DNA of 25,909 nucleotides from Paraspadella gotoi (taxonomy: Eukaryota > Animalia > Chaetognatha): assembly GCA_051294375.1 (NCBI GenBank), contig JBJCIZ010000415.1, positions 11,176 to 37,084 of the forward strand, written 5' to 3'. The translations under genes were made by a program, and so were the position numbers. The notes under the pieces are model-generated. The model was given only the letters and a program-made list of their open reading frames with translations, ran no database searches and had not been told where the DNA came from. This document shows, piece by piece, positions 1 through 11,632 of this stretch. Each line of letters opens with the position of its first letter. Position 1 is the first letter of the stretch.

Positions 1-631
1 ACTTTCTTATATCAACTTTTTGTAAGGAATTTAAATCCGGCTTTAAAATTTTAAAATATTGATTTTTTCACTTAAGCCTATTTTTAACTACTTATTATTA
101 ATAAATATAGCTAACAAGCTGTTAATAAAATATAAAATTTGTAAATAAACTTACCGAAATATTTTTATGGGTCTTTATTTTCATATTATATAAGCTAAAT
201 ATGACTTTTATACAATTTTAATAATTTTAGTTTCTCATACTCAACAATGGTTGCGCCATTTTAATAGCACCTTATATGCTTCAAAAATCGCCATTGGCGA
301 CAAGGAAGATGAAACTATACCAAAAAATGGTTATAATCATCGAATTCTTCAGACCTTATTACATTAAAACAATAATGAATGAAATTAAATATCTTATATT
401 TTGTTATCTTTGAATGCTCTAATGCACAGGTCAGGTATATTGAATTAGACAGTTTTTTGTGGGATTGACATTGAAAAACGATTTATCAATGTAAATCGAA
501 ATATTGGAAAAAATTAAAAGCTGCACTTATTTCAATTTTAAAAATCTTTTTTTTATTTGAAACGAGTAAAAATTTAAAACATGATAAATCTAAATCTGTT
601 TGCTTTCCAGTCGTTTGAACCGTTTTTTGCC

Positions 632-969
632 ATGAGGATTCAAAAATATCTAAACGGTTTGTTTCTGTTTCTTTTCCTCGTCGTCTGTATATTCTTTATA
701 ATCTTTTGTCTGCTGCGCAATCCGTTTGAAAATGAACTGCAGCTACAGACCCATCATCCTCTTCAGCAACAGCAGCCCCCGTCAATTGCTCATGAATTGA
801 AGAGGTTCCGCATCGAAAGTTCAGCTGGGGAATTGAAAAGTTTTCTCAGAGTTCAATTTCAGAATTTACGACATAATCTTCGGCTGATCGCAAAAGAGAA
901 CGGAGATAAAGTGGGCAAGAAAATCCTGACAGCGTCGGACTTGGCGGGAAAAATCGAGAGAGAAAGCAG
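632..969 (+). CDS. Probable first coding exon (type II membrane anchor and stem) of a FUT8-like alpha-1,6-fucosyltransferase
   Basis: GCCATG start at 632 follows a pyrimidine-rich CAG acceptor at 601-610. The translation MRIQKYLNGLFLFLFLVVCIFFIIFCLLRNP... gives a short basic tail, one TM helix and a helical stem, ending at a CAG|GTAGTG donor (phase 2). The link to the FUT8 exon at 23295 is inferred from shared strand and Golgi glycosyltransferase topology. Confidence 0.6.
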
Positions 970-1012
970 GTAGTGTCTTGGCGTGATTGGTTCACCTCTG
1001 CTTCTTTGTGAC

Positions 1013-1060
1013 CGTTGTCGTCGTCGTCGTCATCATCGTCGTCGGCGGTATCGTCGTTAT
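1013..1060. repeat. (TCG/TCA)n microsatellite
   Basis: cgttgtcgtcgtcgtcgtcatcatcgtcgtcgg; it accounts for the poly-D, poly-R and poly-V ORFs in the track. Confidence 0.85.
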
Positions 1061-1772
1061 CACGCTTCTTTACCATCGCAAATTTTCTCACTCTTTCTCA
1101 CTATTTTCGTGGATTATTTTTTTTTCTATTTTTTTTTCTTTATTTTTCTCAAATTTGATTTTTTTAGTATCAAAATTTGTCGTCAATCCAGATTTTTCTT
1201 ATGCAATTGCGACCATCCTATTGCTTTTAAGATTTTTTATAATGAGTTGAACTTCTTTGTAAATATAAAATGGCGTGTGTACAAAATTAATACACACTTG
1301 CCCAAGACATAGTTTTCAATAGGGCACAGTGATACTTATGTAATAAGAATAACTACATTCTTTTGGTGAAACATATTTTGTAAAAAAATTATTTTAGGAT
1401 CGTATCATGGACTTTTCAATTTAGGGTCATCACCAGGGACCAACCAGGGTCACAAAAAGCTCATTTTCGATTGCATAAAACTATCTTATAAACTTAACAA
1501 TTACAATAAAGAGGGTTACCAACAAGATTCGCTCCTATGCCTTTCTAGCCACGTTTAAATCCTTAACCAATGTCGCCACATCCATATATCAAATATCTAT
1601 ATATTCAATTATCCATATATATATATATATATATATAAATAATAATATTAATAACTAAGGTAGCATGTTGTTTATCGCGATAAATAAAACTAAAGAACAC
1701 TATAAGACTGTATAAGTGTATAAGTACACTAAAAGTAATTGATTGATGTAATAGTAATAGTAAAGACAAAAA

Positions 1773-1856
1773 ATTGATGCGATGATAACCAAATGATTGA
1801 TGCGATGATAACCAAATGATTGATACGATGATAGTCATTCATTGATGAGATGATAA
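1773..1856. repeat. 23-bp tandem repeat, ~3.5 copies
   Basis: Unit attgatgcgatgataaccaaatg is exact at 1773 and 1796, and degenerate at 1819 and 1841. Confidence 0.85.
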
Positions 1857-2967
1857 TCATTAGCGCGGAGCATAAATACAAGATATGATATGTAGATAGT
1901 GAATACCCTGGCACCGACAAGGTAAAAAGGCAACTAAAGTAACCGGTAACATGTCTCTTCCACTTTGACTAAAAACGTCTGCTTTGTAACAAAAGATCAT
2001 CAAGATATTATTCTTTCGAGATAGGGAGGTTTCTTGGTAAAAGTGCCAGGGGCAAAGGCTACACGCCCCCCAGATAAAATACGGGAAAAATTTGGCGTGA
2101 TTTGTCTAAAATTGTTTTGCCTTTGCATTATATAGTAAAACTACTTTAATTTAAAAGGTAGGAGTGTAACAGCGATAAAGTAAAAATGTAGCCTAGTGTA
2201 ATGGTGTTGAACTGTTGCCGTTATAATAATGGCAATAACGTTGATAAAGACAGTAATGATAATAATAGTGATAGCGATGATACGTTAATGGGATTAATAC
2301 GATATAAATGAAGAAGTGTAAAAATTAACAGTTAAAAAATACAAGATTAGAACATTGTTGAATTCGAAGTGAGTGACACGTTTGCGTTTGTGCATATGGC
2401 GTTTGCATAAGAGCGTACGATTGGGGGGAGCCGGTAGTGCGAGTTGGACCAGCGTGACTTGGCGACGCCGAAGGAAGAGTCGGTTCCGGCATTGTTTGGT
2501 TCCCTAGCGAATCTTCATTGTTTGTCTTTTAAGATTTTTGTTTACGTTTGTTTGTAACTGCGGGGAAATCGAAAAAAGATTTAAGGTTGGGGAGGGGGGA
2601 AGTGGTACGCGAGCAAGTGGGAAGGAGAAGGGGGGTAGTGAAAAGGAGGAGGAGCCTGCTCTAAGATCTCGAATTTGCGTTCGAGCCAAGGATTCATCCG
2701 AATGGAGGGTGGGGGCCTACGAGTACGAATGCCGGGGCGTGTTGGTTGTGACTGGGTGCAGCTACGGCGTCATCATCCGCTCCCGAACGCCGGTTTAAGG
2801 TCGCGGATCATCAATTCAATTGTGTATAGCCTAAAACGCGAAGCCTCGGATTCGACAGGTTGGCTCCAGACGATTCCTAAAATGTATTCACTTTATCATT
2901 TTTTCAAAGGCGTTGTCGTTTTTCGAATTTTATATTTACTATATAAAATAAAAGAAACCTATCTGTT

Positions 2968-3253
2968 GAGTTGCAGCCCAAACCGAACAAGCGATTCCAA
3001 TGAAATAATACAGGAATTTTTTTTAGGTCAATGACTCCAATTCTATGAACAAAGTTTTTTTTCGAAATTCGTATTCCTTCATAGCAAAATTTCATCGATT
3101 TTGTTTAATTTTTAATGTTATTCCCTTGATATATTTGAAATGAAAAAAGGTTTCTAAAAAAACCGGCTCATAGAATTCCGCCACCGTTTTCTATTCTTTT
3201 GCTAAAATATTTTTTTTAACAAACGTGCAGCTCAATCGGTTTAGCTGCAACTC
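2968..3253. mobile_element. Putative ~286 bp MITE
   Basis: gagttgcagcccaaaccga at 2968 is nearly the reverse complement of tcggtttagctgcaactc ending at 3253. The interior is AT-rich and non-coding. No convincing TSD. Confidence 0.45.
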
Positions 3254-4210
3254 TTCGTTTTTAATTTTTGTCCGTCAAACAAAGATTAAGTTCTGTACTC
3301 GTTACTCTACCAAGATTCGACACGACATTCACGATTACGTGTGATGCTCTTATAGTAGCGACGCAGGAAATTTTTTCATTTCTTATTGTAAACTTGACCG
3401 ATTAAAATATTTCTTACCGTTTTCATTTTTTTTATTGTTCTAGAATTTTTTTTATTCGAAAAATGCCTTACAAAACCCATAGCGGTCAAACTCTATATTT
3501 ACGTTATAAGCATTCCACATAAAGCAAAAAGTCAAAAAAGAAATTAAGGGAATTACTTCGGCAAGGGTAAATAAATGGGAGAATGATGCCAAAATAGTTT
3601 TTTCACCTTGTTCTTCTATCTCTTTCTCTCTACTACCCTCTGTTTTTTTTTCGTCAAAAATATTTTAGTATACAATTCAGACGGTTGACGTAAAAGAGAC
3701 TTCGATTCAGACGAATGTATCAGCCAGAGCCATGCAAACAGGATGCTGCCATGTTTGCAAATTTTCGGGTTTTACTATAATAAACAGAATGCATGGTTTC
3801 ACACTGTTTTTATTGTCTCAGGTAGGCTTTCATTTATTAACATAATTCTATAATTTCTTTTGATAAGACTTAATTTTTTACGAGTATTTTTAAAAAAAAG
3901 TATTTACGGCTACTATTTAATTTTAAATACGAGTTTAGAAAACTTTCGAGAGGAAAACTACCTTCGGATTTATAAAATAACCCGTTGTGAAATGTGTAAA
4001 GACTCAAGACAAGCGTGTGTTTCAAAGATTCATTGGATTGCAAGTTGTTTACTATTGCCATCAATGATATCACATCGAATATTTTTTTGCAGAACAAAGA
4101 TGTTTTTTTAATAAAAATTACACTAAGTTGATTTGATTTTTATTTACAAATTAAAAATATTATACTTACAATTATACTGATTCTCTATAGGAAGTTATTT
4201 ATTACAGCTG

Positions 4211-4444
4211 GTATGGTGGACTAAAATCACCAACCGTTCATCAGCGGCCATTGGTGCCGGAGGCAAGTCATTCGCCTCCTAACCCAAAGGACCGGGGTTC
4301 AAGCCCGGTGGTCGCCAAGCAGTGAAGAGGGACGGGGCGCTTAACCCGCCTGTAACAGGTGTTACAGCCTGATCCGAAGCTCAGGGACTGCTTATATTGA
4401 AACGATTCTGTCACTAACACATAACAATAATTACTGTCTCTTCA
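4211..4444 (+). mobile_element. Solo LTR of the tRNA-containing TRIM
   Basis: Full-length reverse-complement match to the LTR at 11951-12186 (gtatggtggactaaaat...tactgtctcttca). CTGG flanks it at 4208-4211 and 4445-4448, a candidate 4-bp TSD if the terminal TG was eroded. Confidence 0.8.
4244..4316 (+). ncRNA. tRNA-derived Pol III-like module inside the LTR (not a canonical tRNA)
   Basis: 7-bp acceptor stem GCGGCCA/TGGTCGC spanning 72 nt, box A-like TGGTGCCGGAGG, box B-like GGTTCAAGCCC within a CCGGG/CCCGG stem. The anticodon arm is not properly paired. Confidence 0.7.
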
Positions 4445-4842
4445 CTGGCTTAGAATTATTTGATTTTTATTTATCTGCTCATGTTTGCAAGATTATTGAG
4501 GACATCTGATTAATGTTACAGCTCTGAGTGAGTTCGAAAAAAAGAGTCCGTAGAATTTAATTATATTTTTTTTTTTAAGTCTTGAAAGTTTTCTTGAAAA
4601 TCTAAGTTTACCGAAAAAAAAAATTATTGAGAAAATTGAGCTTACCGTGAAAAATCAGTTTCGACTGCAAAAATCTTGGCTACCGAATAAAAATTTTTGC
4701 ATAAAATTAGGTTGGGCATTCTAAGTACATTAGGGAGGGACCTCGATTTATTTCTCCAGAAACCTCTCAGTAAGATGCAAGGGAGGTATTAGGATACAGT
4801 AAACTTAGATTTCTGCAATTATAGATTGAGTGATCCCTGGCC

Positions 4843-5244
4843 TTAAGGCGCAATATGGAGATATTTTGGTGGACGCGTCCCGGGATCGCTACTTTGAAAT
4901 TTAATTCGTCTCGGCAAATTAACCGGTAGGGTCCCAGATATGGTACCGCCTGCGTTGGTGCCATGCAGCCACGCTGGACGAAAACGTGGAATGCGTTGCG
5001 GAGGGTGTTGGGAACGTGGACGCAAGGCTGGCGATGCGTTGTAGTTAGTATAGGTTGAAGGCGCGAAACTTTTGACTGCAGATTCGGGAGAGTTCGACGG
5101 CGTTGCTCGCGTTCGCTGGCATCGCGCTGATGGGCGCCACGAGGATGTCGTCCAGAATGGCGATTGCCTTCATCGTACACTAAATTCAGCGGGGTGGCGC
5201 CCACATCGGGTTAGAGCGTTGTTCTTGTGGCAAGGAGTGAGCAG
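4843..5244 (-). pseudogene. Gypsy A integrase C-terminus with GPY/F module
   Basis: LLATRTTL*PDVGATP then HVFVQRGCMAPTQAVPYLGPYRLICRDELNFKVAIPGRVHQNISILRLK; contains an in-frame stop. Confidence 0.9.
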
Positions 5245-7352
5245 TAGACCTTGCCATATATGAAAAGTTTTGAAATCAAAAAACGAGTATTGTGTAAAGG
5301 TGCCCATACATCATATGAATTTTTTGAACATTTTTTTCAAAAAAAAATTTACAGTAAATGCTGCCAACTTTGAAAAAAATGAAAAAAAAATGGTAAAAAA
5401 TGGACTTTTTGCTAAATATCTTTAAAAGCTTTATTGCTAGAGGGACGAAACCCAAACTATCTTGTAGAGTGGAAAAAATTGACTATGTTACATACCTCGT
5501 ATTATAATTAAGTTAATTATTATTTTTTTTATACTAAGGAAAATTTTTTTTAAAAACCTATTGTTTTGGTCAATTTTTGATAAAATTTTTTAAAAAATGA
5601 TATTTTAACAATGTTTTGTGAAATATTTTGTAAAAAAAATTATGGCGAATTGAATTAAAGAAATAATTGCCTTTGTTTTGCTGAAAGAATTTTTTAAAAA
5701 GGATTATCGGTTAAAAAGTTATAATTTTTTTAAATTAAAAAAATCACTTTTCTTAATAATTATTTTTATTTAATAGGTTTTGAACTAGGCTAAAGGGAAA
5801 AAGGGAATGCACTTTTTTCAGAGTAAATAAAAAATAGTAAATTCTGATTTGACAATAGGTAACTTTAATATTTTGTCTCACCAGGTCATTAAAGTTTTTT
5901 TTAAATTTTTATTATTTTATAATGGAATTATGACTTTTAAATAAGGTAGTTTTTTAATTTTATTATTTTATAATGGAATATGACTTTTAAATAAGGTAGT
6001 TTTTAATTTTTTTTCTATATAAAAGAAAAAGAAAAATTGACAAAGCGATTAAAATATAAAAATTGATAAAATGAGACAAAAAGAGTAAATTAATGAAAGT
6101 TAAATAACTGAGAAAAGAGTTGCTTGCTGCTTGCCAGTCGAGAAAAAAAGGTATAGTGCCAAAGAAAGAAAACTAGTTATTCTATTTTTTGTTATCTATT
6201 CATGATTTATAGTTAATAATTAAGTCTATTGTAAATAGTCGATTTAGTTTTGAAATATTATTTTTAATTCATCTTTGATTTTTATTCATTTCATATCTTT
6301 TTATAGTTGATGAATTTATCAACAAGTGGATCTATTCTTAAATTTATCAAGCAAGCTTAATATATTTTTCCAAATCTTTACAACTTTTGATTAAGCAATA
6401 TATTTAACAACAAATTATAAATTCAACTCAGTTTCTGGAGAACTAGCTTGACCAAAAAGGTAATTTATGAAAAAAATAGAATAACTAGTTTTCTTTCTTT
6501 GGCACTCTAGATGATGACTTTTTTTTTCTCGATCGTAAAACAGCAAGCAACTCTTCTCTCAGATGCTTTTTTTGTCTCATTTTATCAATTTTTAATCATT
6601 TAATCGCTTTTGTTAATTTTTCTTTTCTTTTATATAGAAAAAAATTAAAAAAACTACCTTATTTTAAAACCCATAATTCCATTATAAAATGATAAAAAGT
6701 TAAAAAAAAACTTTAATGACCTAGTGAAGACAAATATTAAAGTTACCCATTGTCAAATAAGATTTACTATTTTTTTATTTACTCTGAAAAAGTGCATTCC
6801 CCTTTTTCCCTTTAGCCTAGTTCAAACCTATTAAATAAAAATAATTATTAAGAAAAGTGATTTTTTTTAATTTAAAAAAAATTATAACTTTTTAACCGAT
6901 AATCTTTTTTTTAAAAATTCTTTCAGCAAAACAAAGGCAATTATTTCTTTTATTCAATTCGCCATAATTTTTTTTACAAAATATTTCACAAACATTGTTA
7001 AAATATCATTTTTTAAAAAATTTTATCAAAATTGCCCAAAACAATAGGTTTTAAAAAAAAATTTTCCTTAGTAAAAAAACTAACTTAATTTATAATGCGA
7101 GGTATGTAACATAGTCAATTTTTTCCACTCTACAAGATAGTTTGGGTTTTCGTCCCTCTAGCAATAAAGCTTTTAAAGATATTTAGCAAAAGTCCATTTT
7201 TTACCATTTTTTTTCATTTTTTTCAAAAGTTGGCAGCATTTACTGTAAATTTTTTTTGAAAAAAAAATGTTCAAAAAATTCATATGATGTATGGGCACCT
7301 TTTACACATACTCGTTTTTGATTTCAAAACTTTTCATATATGGCAAGGTCTA
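5245..7352. mobile_element. 2108 bp non-autonomous foldback DNA transposon (hAT-like TAG...CTA ends, 8-bp TSD)
   Basis: Arms 5245-~6190 and ~6470-7352 are inverted copies (tagaccttgccatatatgaaaag... / ...cttttcatatatggcaaggtcta). Perfect TSD GTGAGCAG at 5237-5244 and 7353-7360. Removing the element restores the integrase frame YWRLPCSLLATRTT. Confidence 0.95.
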
Positions 7353-7930
7353 GTGAGCAGGGGAGGCGCCAGTAAGTCGCCCTGGGAGTCGGGCGCCGAA
7401 GGCGATCAAGGACTCCTTCAGAAAACGATGGAACCACTCAACAAGTCCATTAGACTGCGGGTGGTAGGCCGTTGTTAAATTATGGGAGATTCCCCACGAT
7501 TTGAGGAGTTGGTCCATATTGCGGACAGGAACTGCGAGCCTCTGTCGGTCATGACGGTGGTTGGGATGTGGAATGACACGATCCAGCCTTGATTGGGATG
7601 GCTACTGGCCATCGATTAAAGCGGTTGACAGCTGTCAAAACGTAATTGAAGCCGTTTGACGGGGGGCAATTTTATGATGTCGACGTGCACGTGGCTGAAA
7701 TGGCGCTCGGGTAGTTTGAAGGTGCCGATCTCAGGCACTGTGTTGCGAGTCACTTTTGTTGCGTTGATGTTCTTGACATTCCCGGTGTCCCACTTGGATA
7801 TTTCTGCGAGACGCCATGAGAAGGGAACAAATGGGTGTGGCGGGCCGTTTCTGACGTCCGCAATGATTGATGTCCCGAGGGAATTTTTTGGAAGCAAAGT
7901 CCGGAAGATGCGTCGGTCAAGATGCGCTGG
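7353..7930 (-). pseudogene. Gypsy A integrase core and partly deleted Zn-finger region
   Basis: KVTRNTVPEIGTFKLPERHFSHVHVDII and WGISHNLTTAYHPQSNGLVEWFHRFLKESL; frameshifted, with the HH part of HHCC missing. Confidence 0.9.
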
Positions 7931-9291
7931 GCAGTGATTTCTATTCGGGTATTTTCAACAATGAAATTGAAACTTATATAACTATTATTTCTTTTTTTCC
8001 ACTGATTAATATAACACACGCTTTATTTAAAAAAATGGATTGTTAAAGTTAATCTTCTTCTTTATAACATAGAACTCACTGGGAGAATTTCTATGCTTTC
8101 AAAATACGGTAAGACATAATTTCTTTTACGGTAATCATTCTATTTATGGTATCTGCCTTTATTAAGATGAACTAAAACAATTTTTTATGGTAAGGGCAAC
8201 TTTTAAAGATTAAATTGCTCGTCAAATCTATCGCGTTTTTAGATATTAGGCAAAAAAACGGCACACTATATTTTAAAACTTTTTTCCATTTTTTCCACTA
8301 TTTTTTTCTCTCTTTAACCTTCTCTCTGTCCCTCTCTTTTTCTCTCTTTCTCTCTATTTTTCTCTCCCTTTCTCCAACTTTTCTGTCATCTCTTCTTTTC
8401 TTCCTTTACCTCTATTTTCCTTCCTCTCTATCTCTGATTTTCTCTCCCTCTTTGATTCTCTTTCTTCCCTCTTTCTTATCTTTTCTTTTCTCTTAATTGT
8501 TCTCGTTCTCCCCTTCACCCCTTATATTAATTTCTTTCCACTATTTCTCTCTCTCCCTGAAACTTTTTTTTCATCCATGCTCTCTCTTCTCTTATCTTTT
8601 TCTCATTCTCACTCGTTTTTTTGCATTTATATCATACTGGATGTATAAAAATCTTTGCATTGTAATAAAAAAAATATTGGGTAGCGTATGATTTTATTCA
8701 AAGTTTGGTTGCCTCGCAGATTTAAAAAATCGACAGAATTTTGCAGAAATTTTTTCCACAAAAACCTGTCGATTGAGAGAAATTAATTTACTGACGCTTC
8801 CCCTTTCAATAAAAGAAGATGATTTTTTTTAAATTTTTCAACTTTAGTGTGTTTTTTATCTATTAAAACTATAAAATAAGTCCAAATTAAAAGTAGGCTT
8901 AAAAATTGTTTTGCAGCAAAAGTATTAAATTTTTTGCCCTAATTTTTTAGGTACCAGAAGCACCATTGATAGGGAATATTTGATTAGAATTGTGGACATT
9001 TTGAAGTATTTTCGTTTCCGAAATCCGGAGTAAAAAATTTTTTTTCAACTATCTTGACGTTCAAATCTCAAGACAAAAGTCAAAATGGAAAAAAATGGAC
9101 ATATTTTTTTTTATTAAAAGTAGCAAAAATGGTATTTATTCCTGATTAGAAAATGCAGCAGATGACTTGAATTAATCCGTAGTCCAGCCCTCTTTGTCTT
9201 AGGATTCAAATTTAATCAATATTGTTGGTAATATTCTAGCAATATGGCAAAAAGTGGTTTTTTTGCTGATTTCCTCGATAGAAATCACTGC
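7931..9291. mobile_element. ~1.36 kb non-autonomous TIR DNA transposon
   Basis: 14-bp perfect TIR GCAGTGATTTCTAT/ATAGAAATCACTGC with CGCTGG duplicated at 7925-7930 and 9292-9297. Excision restores pol ...DAEYQRILTDASSGL. Contains a CT-rich low-complexity tract at ~8290-8620. Confidence 0.9.
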
Positions 9292-10615
9292 CGCTGGTAT
9301 TCGGCGTCGAGCGGTTGGTTGGCTGCAATTTTTTTGAAGTCAACGCCATGTTGAAGGATTGAGCACGCGAGCTGATCGAGGAGTTGATGCTTCTTGATGG
9401 GCACTTCTCTGGCGATTGACGCAATGGGAGGGGGAGGGGTTTTGGGGGAAGAAAAAGAGGGGAAGAGAGGTTTGGGGGAGGGGAAAGAGGAGGGGGGTTG
9501 GGATTTGGATTTTTCTCGGACTGCACGCCAGGCTGCAAGCATCTCGCGGTCAAATGGCGGCCACAACTGCTGATTTTTCTGCAGCTTTGCTGAAAAAAAT
9601 GCTAAGGGTTCCCACTCTTTAGGGCCTCTCTGCTCCAGTACTGCGCCGAAGGCAGTATTGGAGGCGTCGGATGTAATCGCAAGTGGGGCCTCTGGCCGGG
9701 GGTGACGGAGCATTGTTGTTTGTGATAGTGCATCTTTGATGGCTTTAAATGATTTTTGGCAGTTGGTCGTCCAGTCTCACGTGCGAGGTTTTGTTTTCGA
9801 CTAATGCCTCAAACAAGGGATAAAGATGATGTGCAGATCGAGGGATAAATCGCCTGTAATAATTTACTTGGCCGAGGATTCTTTATAGTTCTTTTATGGT
9901 TGTGGGCGGGGTCGTCTCGCTGATGGCGGTGACCCTGTCCGGTAAGGGAGAGATGCCCTTGGCGTCGACCCTGTATCTCAAGAAGTCGAGTTCGGATTTG
10001 CCTAGGACACATTTTTGTCGATTTACCACAAGCCCGTTTTGGTGGAGGGTATCGAGGATGTAGTCGATGTAGATGAATATGAAGGGGAGGCCATCCAAGA
10101 TCTCATTCATAAGGCGCTGGAAGTCTTGACCTGCGTTGTTTAATCTGAACGGGGTCCTCGGGAAGACATAAAACCCGAAAGGCGTGATGACGCCGGTTTT
10201 GGCGACGTCTGTATGGCGACATCGACGTATGTTTAGCGACTGGTATCTGATGATACCCTTTTAAAAGGTCGATTTTACTAAACACTTTCTTGCCGCTGAG
10301 GTTAGCGTTGAAGTCATTCAACGTCTTAACGGGGTATTTGTCGTCTATTGTGGCATTGTTGAGGCGTCGAAAATCTCCACATACTCAATAACCCCCGTCG
10401 GGTTTATTGACGACTAAAAGTGGTGATGCCCACTCACTTTTTCCTCGACGGGCGATGCCAAGCTCGCACAACTTGTCAAGCTCCATCTTAGCCACCTCTA
10501 GCTTATCCGGAACCAGTCAGCGGGCACGTGATTGCACGGGTCGGCCAGTTGTGGGGATATAATGCCTGACGCCGTGTTTGGGCTCAGTTGGTTGAAATGA
10601 TGGCGTGCAGAGATT
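9292..10615 (-). pseudogene. Gypsy A reverse transcriptase and RNase H, disrupted
   Basis: KHGVRHYIPTTGRPV, SEWASPLLVV, CGDFRRLN, KKVFSKIDLLKGYHQIPV, FIFIYIDYILDTL (YIDD damaged, with a deletion following it) and PLAITSDASNTAFGAVLEQ...WEPLAFFS; contains stops and frameshifts. Confidence 0.93.
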
Positions 10616-10622
10616 AAAATGA

Positions 10623-10784
10623 TGTAGAGAAAAAGGAGTTAATATTTCTTAGGCAGCCGAGACGTTTTATTTTAAGACTACTGACAATCTCTTACGATGT
10701 TCTTCTGCATCGGTTTCCCTGAGAGGAAATCCTTCCTCTCTGTTCGGTCAACAAAGAAAATGCAACGATAGAAGCCAAGAGAGG
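10623..10784 (+). repeat. Dispersed ~150-160 bp repeat starting TGTAG (LTR- or TIR-like), inverted relative to 11660-11807
   Basis: Noisy reverse complement of 11660-11807 (shared aggcagccga, cggtttccc, gaagccaagagagg); a third copy lies at ~17993-18153. Confidence 0.75.
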
Positions 10785-11490
10785 ATAGTAATCGAGGATG
10801 TCATGGTGTTGGTAGCTCGTATGACTGTAGGGTGCTCTCGAGTTGGTAGATGTTGTCTGAAGCCGGGGTACGTGGGGCTTCCTGTCGACTTGAGTGAGCA
10901 GGGTGTACAGATGTCATGTGATAGCTATGGGTGGTTCACGGATTTGTAATTGCTTGGACTTGAAGCATGTACGGCGACTGCTGGTCTTGAGATAGGTGGC
11001 ACGACGTTGCATACTAGTTGTGCATATAGACGTGTGGTTCAGGGATATTAGGCATGATGCGTCTGTACGGGTGGTAGATATGGAATCGAAGAGGCGAGGA
11101 GTCGGTCGACTGTGTGGTACGACAGATTGACGCCATATGATGATTGCGTAGGATAATTGTGTCGTCGGGCTATTGAGGAACACGGTCCTAGTGCGTGATG
11201 TGTGGTGTGATGCCAGGCGAAGTTGGCACTCGATGTGGAGTTAGAGATGTTGAGTGGGCTTGGCCCAGCTAACGAGAGTCGTCCGCTGCATATGCAGACG
11301 AGTGGTGTTGTTTTGGGTTGGCGATGCCGGTGTGAATCGTCGTAGATGCGGTTTAGTATCAGGGGATGTAGGGTCGCCTTCGGCCAGAGGCAATGAGAAC
11401 AACGAGTATCAAGTATACAAGGCTGTCAATTATCGGGTAACCGATTCCTTTTCATAGTAAGCACGATGAATGCTGGTCAAGCTCTTACAC

Positions 11491-11515
11491 NNNNNNNNNN
11501 NNNNNNNNNNNNNNN
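11491..11515. other. Assembly gap (25 N); identical 25-N gaps at 12275-12299 and 21283-21307
   Basis: Runs of exactly 25 N. Confidence 0.99.
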
Positions 11516-11632
11516 CGACTATTGTACTAAAATCTCGCAGGTCGAATAAAAACCCGTCTCTATGGTTTGGAGCCAAATACTGCTTGGCCAAAAAGTGTGA
11601 GCCGAGTATTGGCTGGGTGACATCGGCGCAAC
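11516..11632 (-). pseudogene. Gypsy aspartic protease C-terminal fragment
   Basis: ADVTQPILGSHFLAKQYLAPNHRDGFLFDL matches the retropepsin ADV..PILG.DFL motif. Confidence 0.8.

Larger units (their letters stand above)
4843..11400 (-). mobile_element. Decayed Ty3/Gypsy LTR retrotransposon A, interrupted by two DNA elements
   Basis: RT, RNase H, integrase and GPY/F pieces occur in Gypsy order on the - strand. 10790-11400 is GC-richer noisy sequence that may be gag or leader. No 3' LTR was found and the upper boundary is approximate. Confidence 0.85.

Noticed and set aside
846-1312. Poly-D, poly-R and poly-V ORFs
   Set aside because: They are products of a trinucleotide microsatellite and T-runs at the start of the intron.
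4244-4316. Functional tRNA gene
   Set aside because: The anticodon stem does not pair, the T-loop is non-standard, and the segment is embedded in a repeated LTR.
4211-4444. tRNA-derived SINE
   Set aside because: The family has fixed TG...CA ends, an adjacent PPT and PBS, paired copies and 4-bp flanking duplications, and no tail.
8215-8691. Hydrophobic F/L/S-rich ORFs, also 17294-17678, 21739-22008 and 23786-24016
   Set aside because: They are translations of CT/GA low-complexity tracts.
9425-9515. G-quadruplex or proline-rich insertion in RNase H
   Set aside because: It replaces expected RNase H sequence with purine-rich low-complexity bases, and cannot be distinguished from low-quality sequence.
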